A stretch of 64,000 bases of DNA from Steroidobacteraceae bacterium (GTDB taxonomy: Bacteria; Pseudomonadota; Gammaproteobacteria; Steroidobacterales; Steroidobacteraceae): the NCBI GenBank assembly GCA_036733765.1, contig DAIMZW010000001.1, positions 32,239 through 96,238 of the forward strand, in the 5' to 3' direction. This document shows positions 9,598-16,839 of the stretch, piece by piece. A program made the translations under genes and the position numbers. A model generated the notes under the pieces. It saw nothing but the letters and a program-made list of their open reading frames with translations. It had not been told where the DNA came from and ran no database searches. The first letter of the stretch is position 1, and every line of letters begins with the position of its first letter.

Positions 9598-10377
9598 CTA
9601 GTCCTCGTCGTCCTCATCGTCGTGATCTTCATCATCGGGTGGCGCGGCGGTCTTCGGTCTTTCGGGCGGCCGGTCACGCATGGGTTTGGCCGGCACGATC
9701 ACCGGACGGGTCTTCATCTTCGGGCGCGCATTGAACACGACGATGGTTTTGCCGGTGGCTCGCAGTAGTCCCTGGTCTTCGAGCACCTTGAGCACGCGGC
9801 CGGCCATTTCGCGCGAGCAGCCGACCAGGCGCGAGAGCTCCTGGCGCGAAACCTTGATCTGCATGCCCTCCGGGTGAGTCATGGCGTCCGGCTCTTCGCA
9901 CAGGCCCGTGATCGCATGAGCGACGCGGCCAGTGACGTCTACGAAGGCCAGGTCTCCGAGCTTGCGATTGGTGCGATCCAGACGGGTCGCCAGCTGCGTG
10001 GCGAGCTCGAAGATCAGGCCCGGGCTTTCGGTCGCGACCTGGCGGAAGCGCGGGTAGGTCATTTCCGCCAGCTCGCAGGCGTTGCGCGTCCGCACCCAGG
10101 CGCTGCGGGTGGGCTGTTCATAGAACAGGCCCATCTCGCCGAAGAACTGCCCCTTGTTCAGATAGGCAAGAACCATCTCGTTGCCTTCCTCGTCCTCGAT
10201 CATGACCTCGACCGAGCCGCTGATGATGTAGTAGAGGACGTCGGGTAGATCGCCAGCGTGAATAAGCACGGTCTTGGAGGCGACCGTGCGTATGCGGCAG
10301 TAGCTCAGAAAGCGGTTGATCGCAGGAATGTCGCTCAGTGGTCTGACATTCTCTTCCATGATTGGCTGGCCCTTCAT
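9598..10377 (-). CDS. Crp/Fnr-family global regulator (Clp/Vfr-like) with a C-terminal extension
   Basis: 259 aa. It has a cNMP-binding domain (GEMGLF) and an HTH (VSRQELSRLVGCSREMAGRVLK) very similar to Xanthomonas Clp and Pseudomonas Vfr. About 42 extra C-terminal residues end in DDEDHDDEDDED. Confidence 0.9.
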   Translation of the reverse strand: MKGQPIMEENVRPLSDIPAINRFLSYCRIRTVASKTVLIHAGDLPDVLYYIISGSVEVMIEDEEGNEMVLAYLNKGQFFGEMGLFYEQPTRSAWVRTRNACELAEMTYPRFRQVATESPGLIFELATQLATRLDRTNRKLGDLAFVDVTGRVAHAITGLCEEPDAMTHPEGMQIKVSRQELSRLVGCSREMAGRVLKVLEDQGLLRATGKTIVVFNARPKMKTRPVIVPAKPMRDRPPERPKTAAPPDDEDHDDEDDED

Positions 10378-10457
10378 TCGTTATTAAAGCAACGGCGCTT
10401 GCGGCCTTTTAGTACACAATTTGTGCCGGCCGCAAGTCACAAGTGTTCGATCGTCTC

Positions 10458-11099
10458 TCAAAGCCAGTATGCGGCGCCGGTCATGACGCGAGCGGCAACG
10501 CGCATCAGCGTCGGGATCGGTGCGGGCAGCTCGGCGCCGCCGCGTGCGCGCGCCGCTTGAGCGTGTCCGGCCTCTTCGGATTTCATGAGCTCAACGATCT
10601 TCCGGCTGCGTAGATCCCCCGCCGGCAGTCGATCCAAATGGCTGGCCAGATGACCTTCGACCTGCGCCTCGGTCTCGGTCATGAAGCCAAGGCTGACGGC
10701 ATCGCCGAGCACCGCCGCGGCGGCGCCGAGGCCAAAGGAGCCCAGGTACCAGAACGGGTTCAGCAGACTCGGCCTTGAATCCAGCTCGGTCAGGCGCGAC
10801 TCGCACCAGGCCAGATGATCGGCTTCCTCGCCCGCCGCTCGTTCCAGGAATTCGCGCGTGGCGGGGGAGCGCGACAGTGCGGCCTGCCCCCGGTAGAGCC
10901 CCTGCGCGGCGATCTCGCCGGCATGATTGACCCGCATCAGACCGGCGGCATGGCGCTTTTCACCGGGCGTCAGCGCGGCATTGTCGGCGGGCAGATCGGG
11001 CGTTCGCGCGCTGCGGGCTGGCGCAAACAGCGTGCGCAGGGTTTGATCCGCGACATTGAGCACCGAATCGAGTACGTCGCTAGCCAGCATGGGATACAT
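10458..11099 (-). CDS. coq7: Demethoxyubiquinone hydroxylase (Coq7-type di-iron monooxygenase)
   Basis: 213 aa with repeated EExxH di-iron motifs (EEADHLAW, EEAGH) and RVNHAGE. Confidence 0.9.
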   Translation of the reverse strand: MYPMLASDVLDSVLNVADQTLRTLFAPARSARTPDLPADNAALTPGEKRHAAGLMRVNHAGEIAAQGLYRGQAALSRSPATREFLERAAGEEADHLAWCESRLTELDSRPSLLNPFWYLGSFGLGAAAAVLGDAVSLGFMTETEAQVEGHLASHLDRLPAGDLRSRKIVELMKSEEAGHAQAARARGGAELPAPIPTLMRVAARVMTGAAYWL

Positions 11100-11233
11100 T
11101 ATATGTCATACGACAGGGCGCCCGGGCCGGCCAATGGTTGCCGCGCCCGTTTTGCAAAGCGGCCGCTCCTTGGGTAAACTCCGGCGCCCTTTTTCCAGAC
11201 AGTCCGCGGCGCGCGGATTACAGGATCTAAGAG

Positions 11234-11662
11234 ATGAAGACTGAATTCGCCCAACCGGCCACTGTCCGCGGCGACTGGTATGTCATTGATGCCAGTGGCA
11301 AAATCCTGGGTCGGCTGTGCTCGCGAATTGCACTGCGGCTCAAGGGCAAGCACAAGGCCGACTACAGCCCGCACGTGGACATGGGCGACCATATCGTGGT
11401 GTTGCACGCGGAAAAGATCGCGGTAACCGGCAATAAGCTCGACGACAAGATGTACCACCATCACACCGGCCGCATGGGCGGTCTGAAGTCGATTGCGCTC
11501 GGCAAGCTGCTCAAGGAACACCCCGAGCGTGCGATCCAGTTTGCCGTCAAAGGCATGTTGCCGAAGACCACGCTGGGCCGACAGATGTACCGCAAGCTGC
11601 ACGTGTTCGCCGGCGATAAGCATCCGCACAGCGCGCAGCAGCCCAAACCGCTAGAGCTCTAA
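11234..11662 (+). CDS. rplM: 50S ribosomal protein L13
   Basis: 142 aa. The sequence [14 protein letters not shown]... is unmistakably L13. Confidence 0.98.
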   Translation: MKTEFAQPATVRGDWYVIDASGKILGRLCSRIALRLKGKHKADYSPHVDMGDHIVVLHAEKIAVTGNKLDDKMYHHHTGRMGGLKSIALGKLLKEHPERAIQFAVKGMLPKTTLGRQMYRKLHVFAGDKHPHSAQQPKPLEL

Positions 11663-11678
11663 GGATCAAGAACCCGTT

Positions 11679-12071
11679 ATGCCAGCATCCACGAATTACG
11701 GCACCGGCCGGCGCAAGAGCGCCACGGCGCGCGTCCATATGCAGCCCGGCAATGGCCGTATCACGATCAACGAGCGTCCGATCGATGAATTCTTCGGTCG
11801 CGAGACCGGAAGAATGATCGTGCGGCAACCGCTGGAGCTGGTGCAGATGGCCTCGACGTTCGACATCACGGTCAAGGTCGCCGGCGGCGGCATCACCGGC
11901 CAGGCCGGCGCGATCCGTCACGGCATCGCCCGGGCGCTGATCACTTATGATGAGTCGCTGCGCAAGCCATTGCGGCAGGCGGGCTTCGTGACGCGCGATG
12001 CGCGCGAGGTCGAGCGTAAGAAGGTCGGCCGTCGCAAGGCTCGTCGCGCAGGACAGTACTCCAAGCGCTGA
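11679..12071 (+). CDS. rpsI: 30S ribosomal protein S9
   Basis: 130 aa. It contains [13 protein letters not shown] and ends in ...QYSKR. Confidence 0.98.
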   Translation: MPASTNYGTGRRKSATARVHMQPGNGRITINERPIDEFFGRETGRMIVRQPLELVQMASTFDITVKVAGGGITGQAGAIRHGIARALITYDESLRKPLRQAGFVTRDAREVERKKVGRRKARRAGQYSKR

Positions 12072-12080
12072 GTCTGCTGC

Positions 12081-12154
12081 TGGGGGATCGTCTAGCGGTA
12101 GGACCGCGGACTCTGACTCCGCTAACCTAGGTTCGAATCCTAGTCCCCCAGCCA
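12081..12154 (+). tRNA. tRNA-Gln (anticodon CUG), CCA encoded
   Basis: I folded the cloverleaf by hand. Acceptor TGGGGGA/TCCCCCA, D arm GTCT-AGCGGTA-GGAC, anticodon stem GCGGA/TCCGC with loop CTCTGAC, T arm CTAGG-TTCGAAT-CCTAG, discriminator G plus CCA. It resembles E. coli tRNA-Gln. Confidence 0.95.
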
Positions 12155-12156
12155 AT

Positions 12157-13104
12157 TCACGCATCGCGCGCTACGCCCGGAACTCCCTGCGGACATTCGA
12201 GCGCAGCGCGGTCCCAGTCCGCGCAATGGGCTGCAGCCTGGTAAGTGCTTGCAAGGAATGCGAGTAATGCGGCATCGGGATCCGCCGCGCTTCGCACCGC
12301 ATCATAGGGCAGCAGGAACTCTCCGAGCGCTTCGCTGAAGGACGCTGCTTGCGGCTTTATCGCGAACTCGCCGAACCCCATCGGCGCCGGATACGCGTAA
12401 GAATAGAACGCAGCGTAGTCGGCTCCGCCGCCACCAGGCCAGAATCCGGCGCTGCTCACCTCGTGCGAATAGGCCTCGCGCATCACGACGCCTGCCACGC
12501 CGGGGGTCTTTCGTGTCATCGGGGGGGCCCTTCTTCCCGAGAACCGCGTCACTGCGAGATCGAAGCTTCCCCAGAAGAAATGTACCGGGCTGGATTTTCC
12601 GATGAAGCCGGTCCGAAACTGCTTGAACACGCGGTCGACCTGTATCAGGACGTGCCAGAAGCGCTGAGCGAACTCGGGATCGTAGGCGGCATGGGTCCGA
12701 TCGCTGCTGAACGGGATGGCAGCGGCGATCTCGCACGGAAGCTCGTCGATCGAGACCTTGATGCCGAGCTCGACGAGCGCTGCTAAGACTAGCGCGTAAA
12801 AGTCCGCGACTGAGCACGGCTTCAAGGGAATACGCCGGCTCAGGCCATCGCTCACGTCGATATCGAGCACGTGCCGGTTGAAATCGAATTGGATCTCGAA
12901 CGAGCGGGATCCAAATGGAATGGGTGAGGTGGTCAAGCCCCTGGTGCTGACATACAGCGGCACGTGCCAGCTATGGTTCAGCCACGGCGTTTGCGCCAGC
13001 CGGATCTTGCCGACAATCTGAGTCCATAACTGCAGCGTCAAGCAGGTTTCACGCCATGCGGCGTACGGCAGCTCGGGCCAGAGTGAGTGTGGGGCGTTGG
13101 CCAT
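12157..13104 (-). CDS. DUF5996-family protein (unknown function)
   Basis: 315 aa with coding-like composition. The N-terminus WPELPYAAWRETCLTLQLWTQIVGKIRL matches my memory of the DUF5996 family. Confidence 0.7.
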   Translation of the reverse strand: MANAPHSLWPELPYAAWRETCLTLQLWTQIVGKIRLAQTPWLNHSWHVPLYVSTRGLTTSPIPFGSRSFEIQFDFNRHVLDIDVSDGLSRRIPLKPCSVADFYALVLAALVELGIKVSIDELPCEIAAAIPFSSDRTHAAYDPEFAQRFWHVLIQVDRVFKQFRTGFIGKSSPVHFFWGSFDLAVTRFSGRRAPPMTRKTPGVAGVVMREAYSHEVSSAGFWPGGGGADYAAFYSYAYPAPMGFGEFAIKPQAASFSEALGEFLLPYDAVRSAADPDAALLAFLASTYQAAAHCADWDRAALECPQGVPGVARDA

Positions 13105-13211
13105 GCCGAGGATTGGACCAGCGAGCGAATCTATCTGGATCGCTTTTATAACGAGCTCTCAGTAAACCCGAAGTCGATCGACGCAGCGACACGCGCGCAT
13201 TATGCCGCGCC

Positions 13212-13898
13212 TCAGATCGTCTCGATGCCGTGCGCGGTGCCGACGATGAGCAGATCCGCCGGCCGCCGGGCGAATAGCCCGGACGTGACGACTCCCACGA
13301 TCTGATCGATGGCGCTCTCCATGGCGCAGGGCTCGCTGATCGATAGGCCATGGACATCGAGAATGTGATTGCCGTTGTCGGTGATGACGCCCTGCCGCCA
13401 GACGGGCCGGCCGCCGAGGCGCTCGAGGCGGCGGGCAACGTAGTTGCGCGCCATCGGGATCACTTCCACCGGCAGGGGAAAACGTCCCAGGGTCCCGACC
13501 AGCTTGGTGTCGTCGACGATGCAGATGAAGCGCTCGGCCGCCGCGGCGACGATCTTCTCGCGCGTGAGCGCAGCGCCGCCGCCCTTGATGAGCTCGCGGG
13601 CGCGGTTGGCCTCATCGGCGCCATCGATGTAGAGCGGCAGCTCGCTGAGTTCGTTTAGATCCAGCACCGGTATACCGTGCGAGCGCAGGCGCGCACTGCT
13701 GCCTTCGGAGCTGGAAATCGCGCCGCGCAGCCGTATTTGGCTGATTTTCGGCGCCAGCAGGTCGATCAGCACGTTGACCGTGGAGCCGGTGCCGACGCCA
13801 AGAATCATGTCTTCGCGCAGATGCTGGAGGGCGGCGCGCGCGGCGCGCTGTTTGCGCTGTTGCGGCGTATCGGCGTCAGGGATCAGAGGTTCATTCAT
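13212..13898 (-). CDS. rpiA: Ribose-5-phosphate isomerase A
   Basis: 228 aa. The motifs GVGTGST, DGADE and [11 protein letters not shown] are present. Confidence 0.95.
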   Translation of the reverse strand: MNEPLIPDADTPQQRKQRAARAALQHLREDMILGVGTGSTVNVLIDLLAPKISQIRLRGAISSSEGSSARLRSHGIPVLDLNELSELPLYIDGADEANRARELIKGGGAALTREKIVAAAAERFICIVDDTKLVGTLGRFPLPVEVIPMARNYVARRLERLGGRPVWRQGVITDNGNHILDVHGLSISEPCAMESAIDQIVGVVTSGLFARRPADLLIVGTAHGIETI

Positions 13899-13910
13899 GT
13901 TTGAAACGAT

Positions 13911-13932
13911 AGTGCCCGCTTACGCGGGCACT
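13911..13932 (-). terminator. GC-rich hairpin (9-bp stem, 4-nt loop) downstream of the mini-ORF and 13 nt upstream of the rpiA start
   Basis: AGTGCCCGC-TTAC-GCGGGCACT. On the minus strand it is followed by AUCGUUUCAAAC, which is only a partial U-tract. Confidence 0.35.
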
Positions 13933-13994
13933 GTTTGAAGCTTTTTAAGTGCGGCGAGCAAGGATGTTATCCAAGCCCGCCGCTGCTGAAGGCC

Positions 13995-14045
13995 TTACTT
14001 CTTTTTGGAAGCTTTTTTCTTGGCCTTCTTCTTTGCTTTCGCCAT
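13995..14045 (-). CDS. Candidate 16-aa Lys/Ala-rich mini-protein (MAKAKKKAKKKASKKK)
   Basis: ATG GCG AAA GCA AAG AAG AAG GCC AAG AAA AAA GCT TCC AAA AAG AAG TAA on the minus strand. GGAGAA lies 6 nt upstream of the ATG, with a promoter-like hexamer pair upstream and a hairpin downstream. It is too short to appear in the ORF track. Confidence 0.35.
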   Translation of the reverse strand: MAKAKKKAKKKASKKK

Positions 14046-14080
14046 GACTAGTTCTCCATGTCAGGTTAGTCCGGGGACCG

Positions 14081-14108
14081 AGTATATACACGCGTTGCAA
14101 AATTACAA
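14081..14108 (-). promoter_or_regulatory. Putative sigma70-type promoter for the mini-ORF
   Basis: The minus strand reads TTGTAA (14108-14103), a 16-nt spacer, then TATACT (14086-14081). It sits in an AT-richer patch. Confidence 0.3.
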
Positions 14109-14164
14109 GCAAGCGAGTATGCGATCGGGCATCTGTGATCTCGCTCACACAGTGTTTGCGAGTG

Positions 14165-14629
14165 TCACTCGAGCGAAAGAATGAATCGCCAGTGCGCGTC
14201 ATCGACCGGTGTAACCGACAAACGATTGCCCGCACGCAAGACGATCATGCCCTCGAGCGCGTCCCTGGCATGCGCTCGCAGCTCATCGAGGCCGATCACG
14301 CGCTTGAAGCGGCGCACGAGCTGCACATCGAAGGTGTACCAGCGCGGATCGGCCGCGCTGCTGGCCGCATCGTAGTGGGCGTCGCGCCGATCGAAGGCGC
14401 TTGCGTCGGGATAGGCGCTGCGCACCACGCGCACGGTGCCGGCGATTCCTGGCTGCTCGCAGCTCGAGTGATACAAAAAGGCGTGATCGCCCTTTTGGAT
14501 CTGGTCGCGGATCAAGTTGCGGGCCTGGTAGTTGCGCACGCCCTGCCAGCTGGTGGTCTTGCGCGCAGCAGCTTGCAAATCCTCGATACCGAAGGTCGAG
14601 GGCTCGGTCTTGAGCAGCCAATGTTTCAG
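14165..14629 (-). CDS. EVE (PUA-like) domain protein
   Basis: The ATG-initiated ORF is 14165..14578. The frame stays open upstream and encodes KHWLLKTEPSTFGIEDL, the conserved EVE N-terminus (compare MxYWLMKSEP). The only candidate start there is a CTG at 14629-14627, which overlaps the ygfA stop. Confidence 0.7.
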   Translation of the reverse strand: MKHWLLKTEPSTFGIEDLQAAARKTTSWQGVRNYQARNLIRDQIQKGDHAFLYHSSCEQPGIAGTVRVVRSAYPDASAFDRRDAHYDAASSAADPRWYTFDVQLVRRFKRVIGLDELRAHARDALEGMIVLRAGNRLSVTPVDDAHWRFILSLE

Positions 14630-15321
14630 AAGTACTCCACGCCGTCTTCGGTCACGACCGCATCGAGCGGGACATCGTGGCGGCCGAGCTCGATGTGATC
14701 GAGCCGCTGAACGCGGTAGGCGAGACCGACCAGCAGCGGCCGATGCCAGCTGTGGCGATGGCGGCGAAAGGCGAACACGCGATCGTAGTAGCCGGCGCCG
14801 GAACCCAGGCGCGCGCCATCGCCATCGAAGCCGAGCAGCGGAACGAACACCACCGACAGGCTGCGCGCGGGCACGGTCTCGGCGACGGCCGGCTCGGGAA
14901 TACCGTGGCGATTGCGCAACGACAGATGCTCGCGATCGCGAGCGAACAGCATCGTGCGTTGCCGGTAATCGCTGATGCGCGGCAGATAGACCGGGCAGCG
15001 GCGGCGTCGCGCGAGGCTGCGCAGCGCCTCGGTGCTCACTTCGAGACCCACTGAGACGTACAGCCCGATCGGGCGTGCACCACGCAGCCAGCGCGTGGCA
15101 TCGATGTGTCGGGTGATGGCTTGCGCAGCGGCGGCGCGTTGGGCGGCGCCGAGTTCGCGGCGGCGGGAACGCAGGCGCTGCCGCAGCACATCGCGCAGGG
15201 CAGGAGAGTCGCCGGGCGCGGCGCTCGCGCTGCTATCCGCCTCAGGCGTGAAATTCAAGGGCGCCACCCGCAAATGCCGGTGCGGACCGTTGCTCTCGAC
15301 CAGAGCAACAAGTGGGATCAC
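14626..15321 (-). CDS. ygfA: 5-formyltetrahydrofolate cyclo-ligase
   Basis: 231 aa with a GTG start. It carries the GFDGDGARLGSGAGYYDR motif. Its position downstream of zapA and 6S RNA matches E. coli. Confidence 0.85.
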   Translation of the reverse strand: MIPLVALVESNGPHRHLRVAPLNFTPEADSSASAAPGDSPALRDVLRQRLRSRRRELGAAQRAAAAQAITRHIDATRWLRGARPIGLYVSVGLEVSTEALRSLARRRRCPVYLPRISDYRQRTMLFARDREHLSLRNRHGIPEPAVAETVPARSLSVVFVPLLGFDGDGARLGSGAGYYDRVFAFRRHRHSWHRPLLVGLAYRVQRLDHIELGRHDVPLDAVVTEDGVEYF

Positions 15322-15334
15322 CTGCGACAGGTAA

Positions 15335-15510
15335 GGCTTTCTGCTGCAAGGCAGACCTGCACAGTGCTGTCGGCAAGGCTATCGATCCCTTGGGTGTTTC
15401 AATTAGGGTCGAGAGGTAACCCAGTCCACTTATCGAACACCGCAGGCGACGCTTACGATTACTGTACACCAAAGCCCAGGGCGCTGTCGTAGGACGCAGC
15501 ACACAGTCCG
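15335..15510 (-). ncRNA. ssrS: 6S RNA candidate (boundaries approximate)
   Basis: A 199-bp noncoding gap with lower GC sits exactly in the conserved zapA-ssrS-ygfA position. An imperfect closing stem pairs GCUGC (about 15500) with GCAGC (about 15343). An internal CAAGG-N9-CCUUG hairpin preceded by CACC resembles the E. coli 6S 3' half. I did not run a covariance model. Confidence 0.55.
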
Positions 15511-15520
15511 GAGTAACGGT

Positions 15521-15841
15521 CTAAAGCTCCAGCTGCTGTCCCTTTTGCAGCGAAGTCTCGACCCGCTCGCGCATCGTCTTGAGGCGATGGCCCAGCTCCT
15601 GCTCGGTGCCGGTCGCGCGCGCGCGCAGCGTGATGACTTCGTGGGCGAGGTTCAGCGCCGCCATGACGGCAATACGATCCAAGCCGACGATTTTGCCGCT
15701 GTCGCGGATCTCGCGCATGCGGCCGTTGAGAAACTCGGCGCTGTCGAGCAGGTCGGTGCGCTCCTCGGGAGCGCAGGCGACGATATATTCCTTCTCGAGG
15801 ATGCGCACGCTCAAGGGGCGTGCCGCCTCGCGCTCACTCAC
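15521..15841 (-). CDS. zapA: Cell division protein ZapA
   Basis: 106 aa with a ZapA-like sequence (ILEKEYIVACAPEE...AALNLAHE) and conserved synteny. Confidence 0.85.
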   Translation of the reverse strand: MSEREAARPLSVRILEKEYIVACAPEERTDLLDSAEFLNGRMREIRDSGKIVGLDRIAVMAALNLAHEVITLRARATGTEQELGHRLKTMRERVETSLQKGQQLEL

Positions 15842-16071
15842 GCGCTGTGCTCCATCGATTTGAGCCGGCCGATCATCGCTTCGACACGTGTGCGAACCTG
15901 CTCGTTCCGGTGCAGCAGCGAGGTCTTCTCGGATGCCAGGGTTTCCTGGCGCGCTCGCAGCGCTCTATTTTCCTCCTTGAGCTGGTGCATCGTCGCAAGC
16001 AATTCATCGATACGCTTCTCGAGGCGCTTGAGCTCGAGATCGACCGCAGAGGAACTGGTGGCTTCTGTCAT
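15838..16071 (-). CDS. Small coiled-coil protein (ZapB-like/TIGR02449-type) upstream of zapA
   Basis: 77 aa starting MTEATSSS. It has a heptad-rich sequence (LEKRIDELLATMHQLKEENRALRARQETL). Its stop overlaps the zapA start. The track ORF 15838..16284 is over-extended. Confidence 0.6.
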   Translation of the reverse strand: MTEATSSSAVDLELKRLEKRIDELLATMHQLKEENRALRARQETLASEKTSLLHRNEQVRTRVEAMIGRLKSMEHSA

Positions 16072-16203
16072 GGTAAAACTATAGTTCCGCCGTGACAGAC
16101 AGGTCAATGTAAACCTGAAAAAGTGGGTTCCCGTCCCGACCAGCCCTTTTTGGGCGTGCGGTTTGTGTTGCGGCGAGCGCAACGGCTGCAATACCATTTT
16201 AAG

Positions 16204-16764
16204 GTGACCAGCCAGCACGACTACTCGCAGATCCAGAGCACGCTCGCGGCCTCGCACGCGCTGGCCGATGCGGCCGAGGCGCATGGCACGCTGGCCGGTG
16301 CGCTCTGTGCCCTGGTACCGTACCGGCTCGAGGACTGGTTGGCCGAAATCCTGCCTGAAGGCGTGGGTAGCGCGAGCGCCGACCCGGCGCTACAGACGCT
16401 TTACGATGCCACCGTCGCGGCATTGTCGGGGCGGCAGATGGACTTCGATCTGCTGATTCCCGCGGAAGATCGGCCCATTGAAGAGCGCGCCCACGCGCTG
16501 ATCGCCTGGTGCAGCGGCTTTCTGTACGGCCTGGGCAGCAGCGGCGCCGCCGATCCACAGCGGCTGCCCGGAGATCTGGGCGAGATCGTGCGTGACCTGA
16601 CCGAAATCACGCGCGCCGACGTTGATGCCACCGACACGGTCGAGGCCAACGAGTCGGCGCTGGCGGAGCTGGTCGAGTTCGTGCGAGTCGGCGTGCAGCT
16701 GGTATTCGACGAGCTCGAACCGCTGCGCGAGCGCCACATGGTGTCCGGACACGTGCTGCACTGA
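16204..16764 (+). CDS. ygfB: UPF0149 family protein YgfB
   Basis: The AEAHGTLAGALCA and WCSGFLYGLG motifs are present, and it is followed by pepP-ubiH as in E. coli. I chose the GVG-adjacent GTG at 16204 as the start. The track ORF begins at 16123. Confidence 0.75.
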   Translation: MTSQHDYSQIQSTLAASHALADAAEAHGTLAGALCALVPYRLEDWLAEILPEGVGSASADPALQTLYDATVAALSGRQMDFDLLIPAEDRPIEERAHALIAWCSGFLYGLGSSGAADPQRLPGDLGEIVRDLTEITRADVDATDTVEANESALAELVEFVRVGVQLVFDELEPLRERHMVSGHVLH

Positions 16765-16839
16765 CAGACCGCCCCGGTCGCGCCATTTACCTTAAGCTGG
16801 CCCGTCTTTAGCGCGTTATCTATCATATCTACCACCCGT

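Noticed and set aside
10398-10441. CRP/Clp-like operator upstream of the Clp/Vfr-like gene (TGTG...TCACA)
   Set aside because: The TGTG and TCACA half-sites (10422-10441) are 11 nt apart instead of the canonical 6. What is actually present is a 9-bp inverted repeat (CTTGCGGCC/GGCCGCAAG, 10398-10436) around a CACAATTTGTG palindrome. That could be a coq7 terminator-like hairpin or some other operator. It is not supportable as a CRP site from sequence alone.
13945-14235. 96-aa minus-strand ORF spanning the EVE-rpiA gap
   Set aside because: It overlaps the EVE gene 3' end, has no SD or start context and looks non-coding (Cys/Arg/Thr-rich). The only well-formed unit here is the 16-codon ORF in a different frame, which I reported separately with low confidence.
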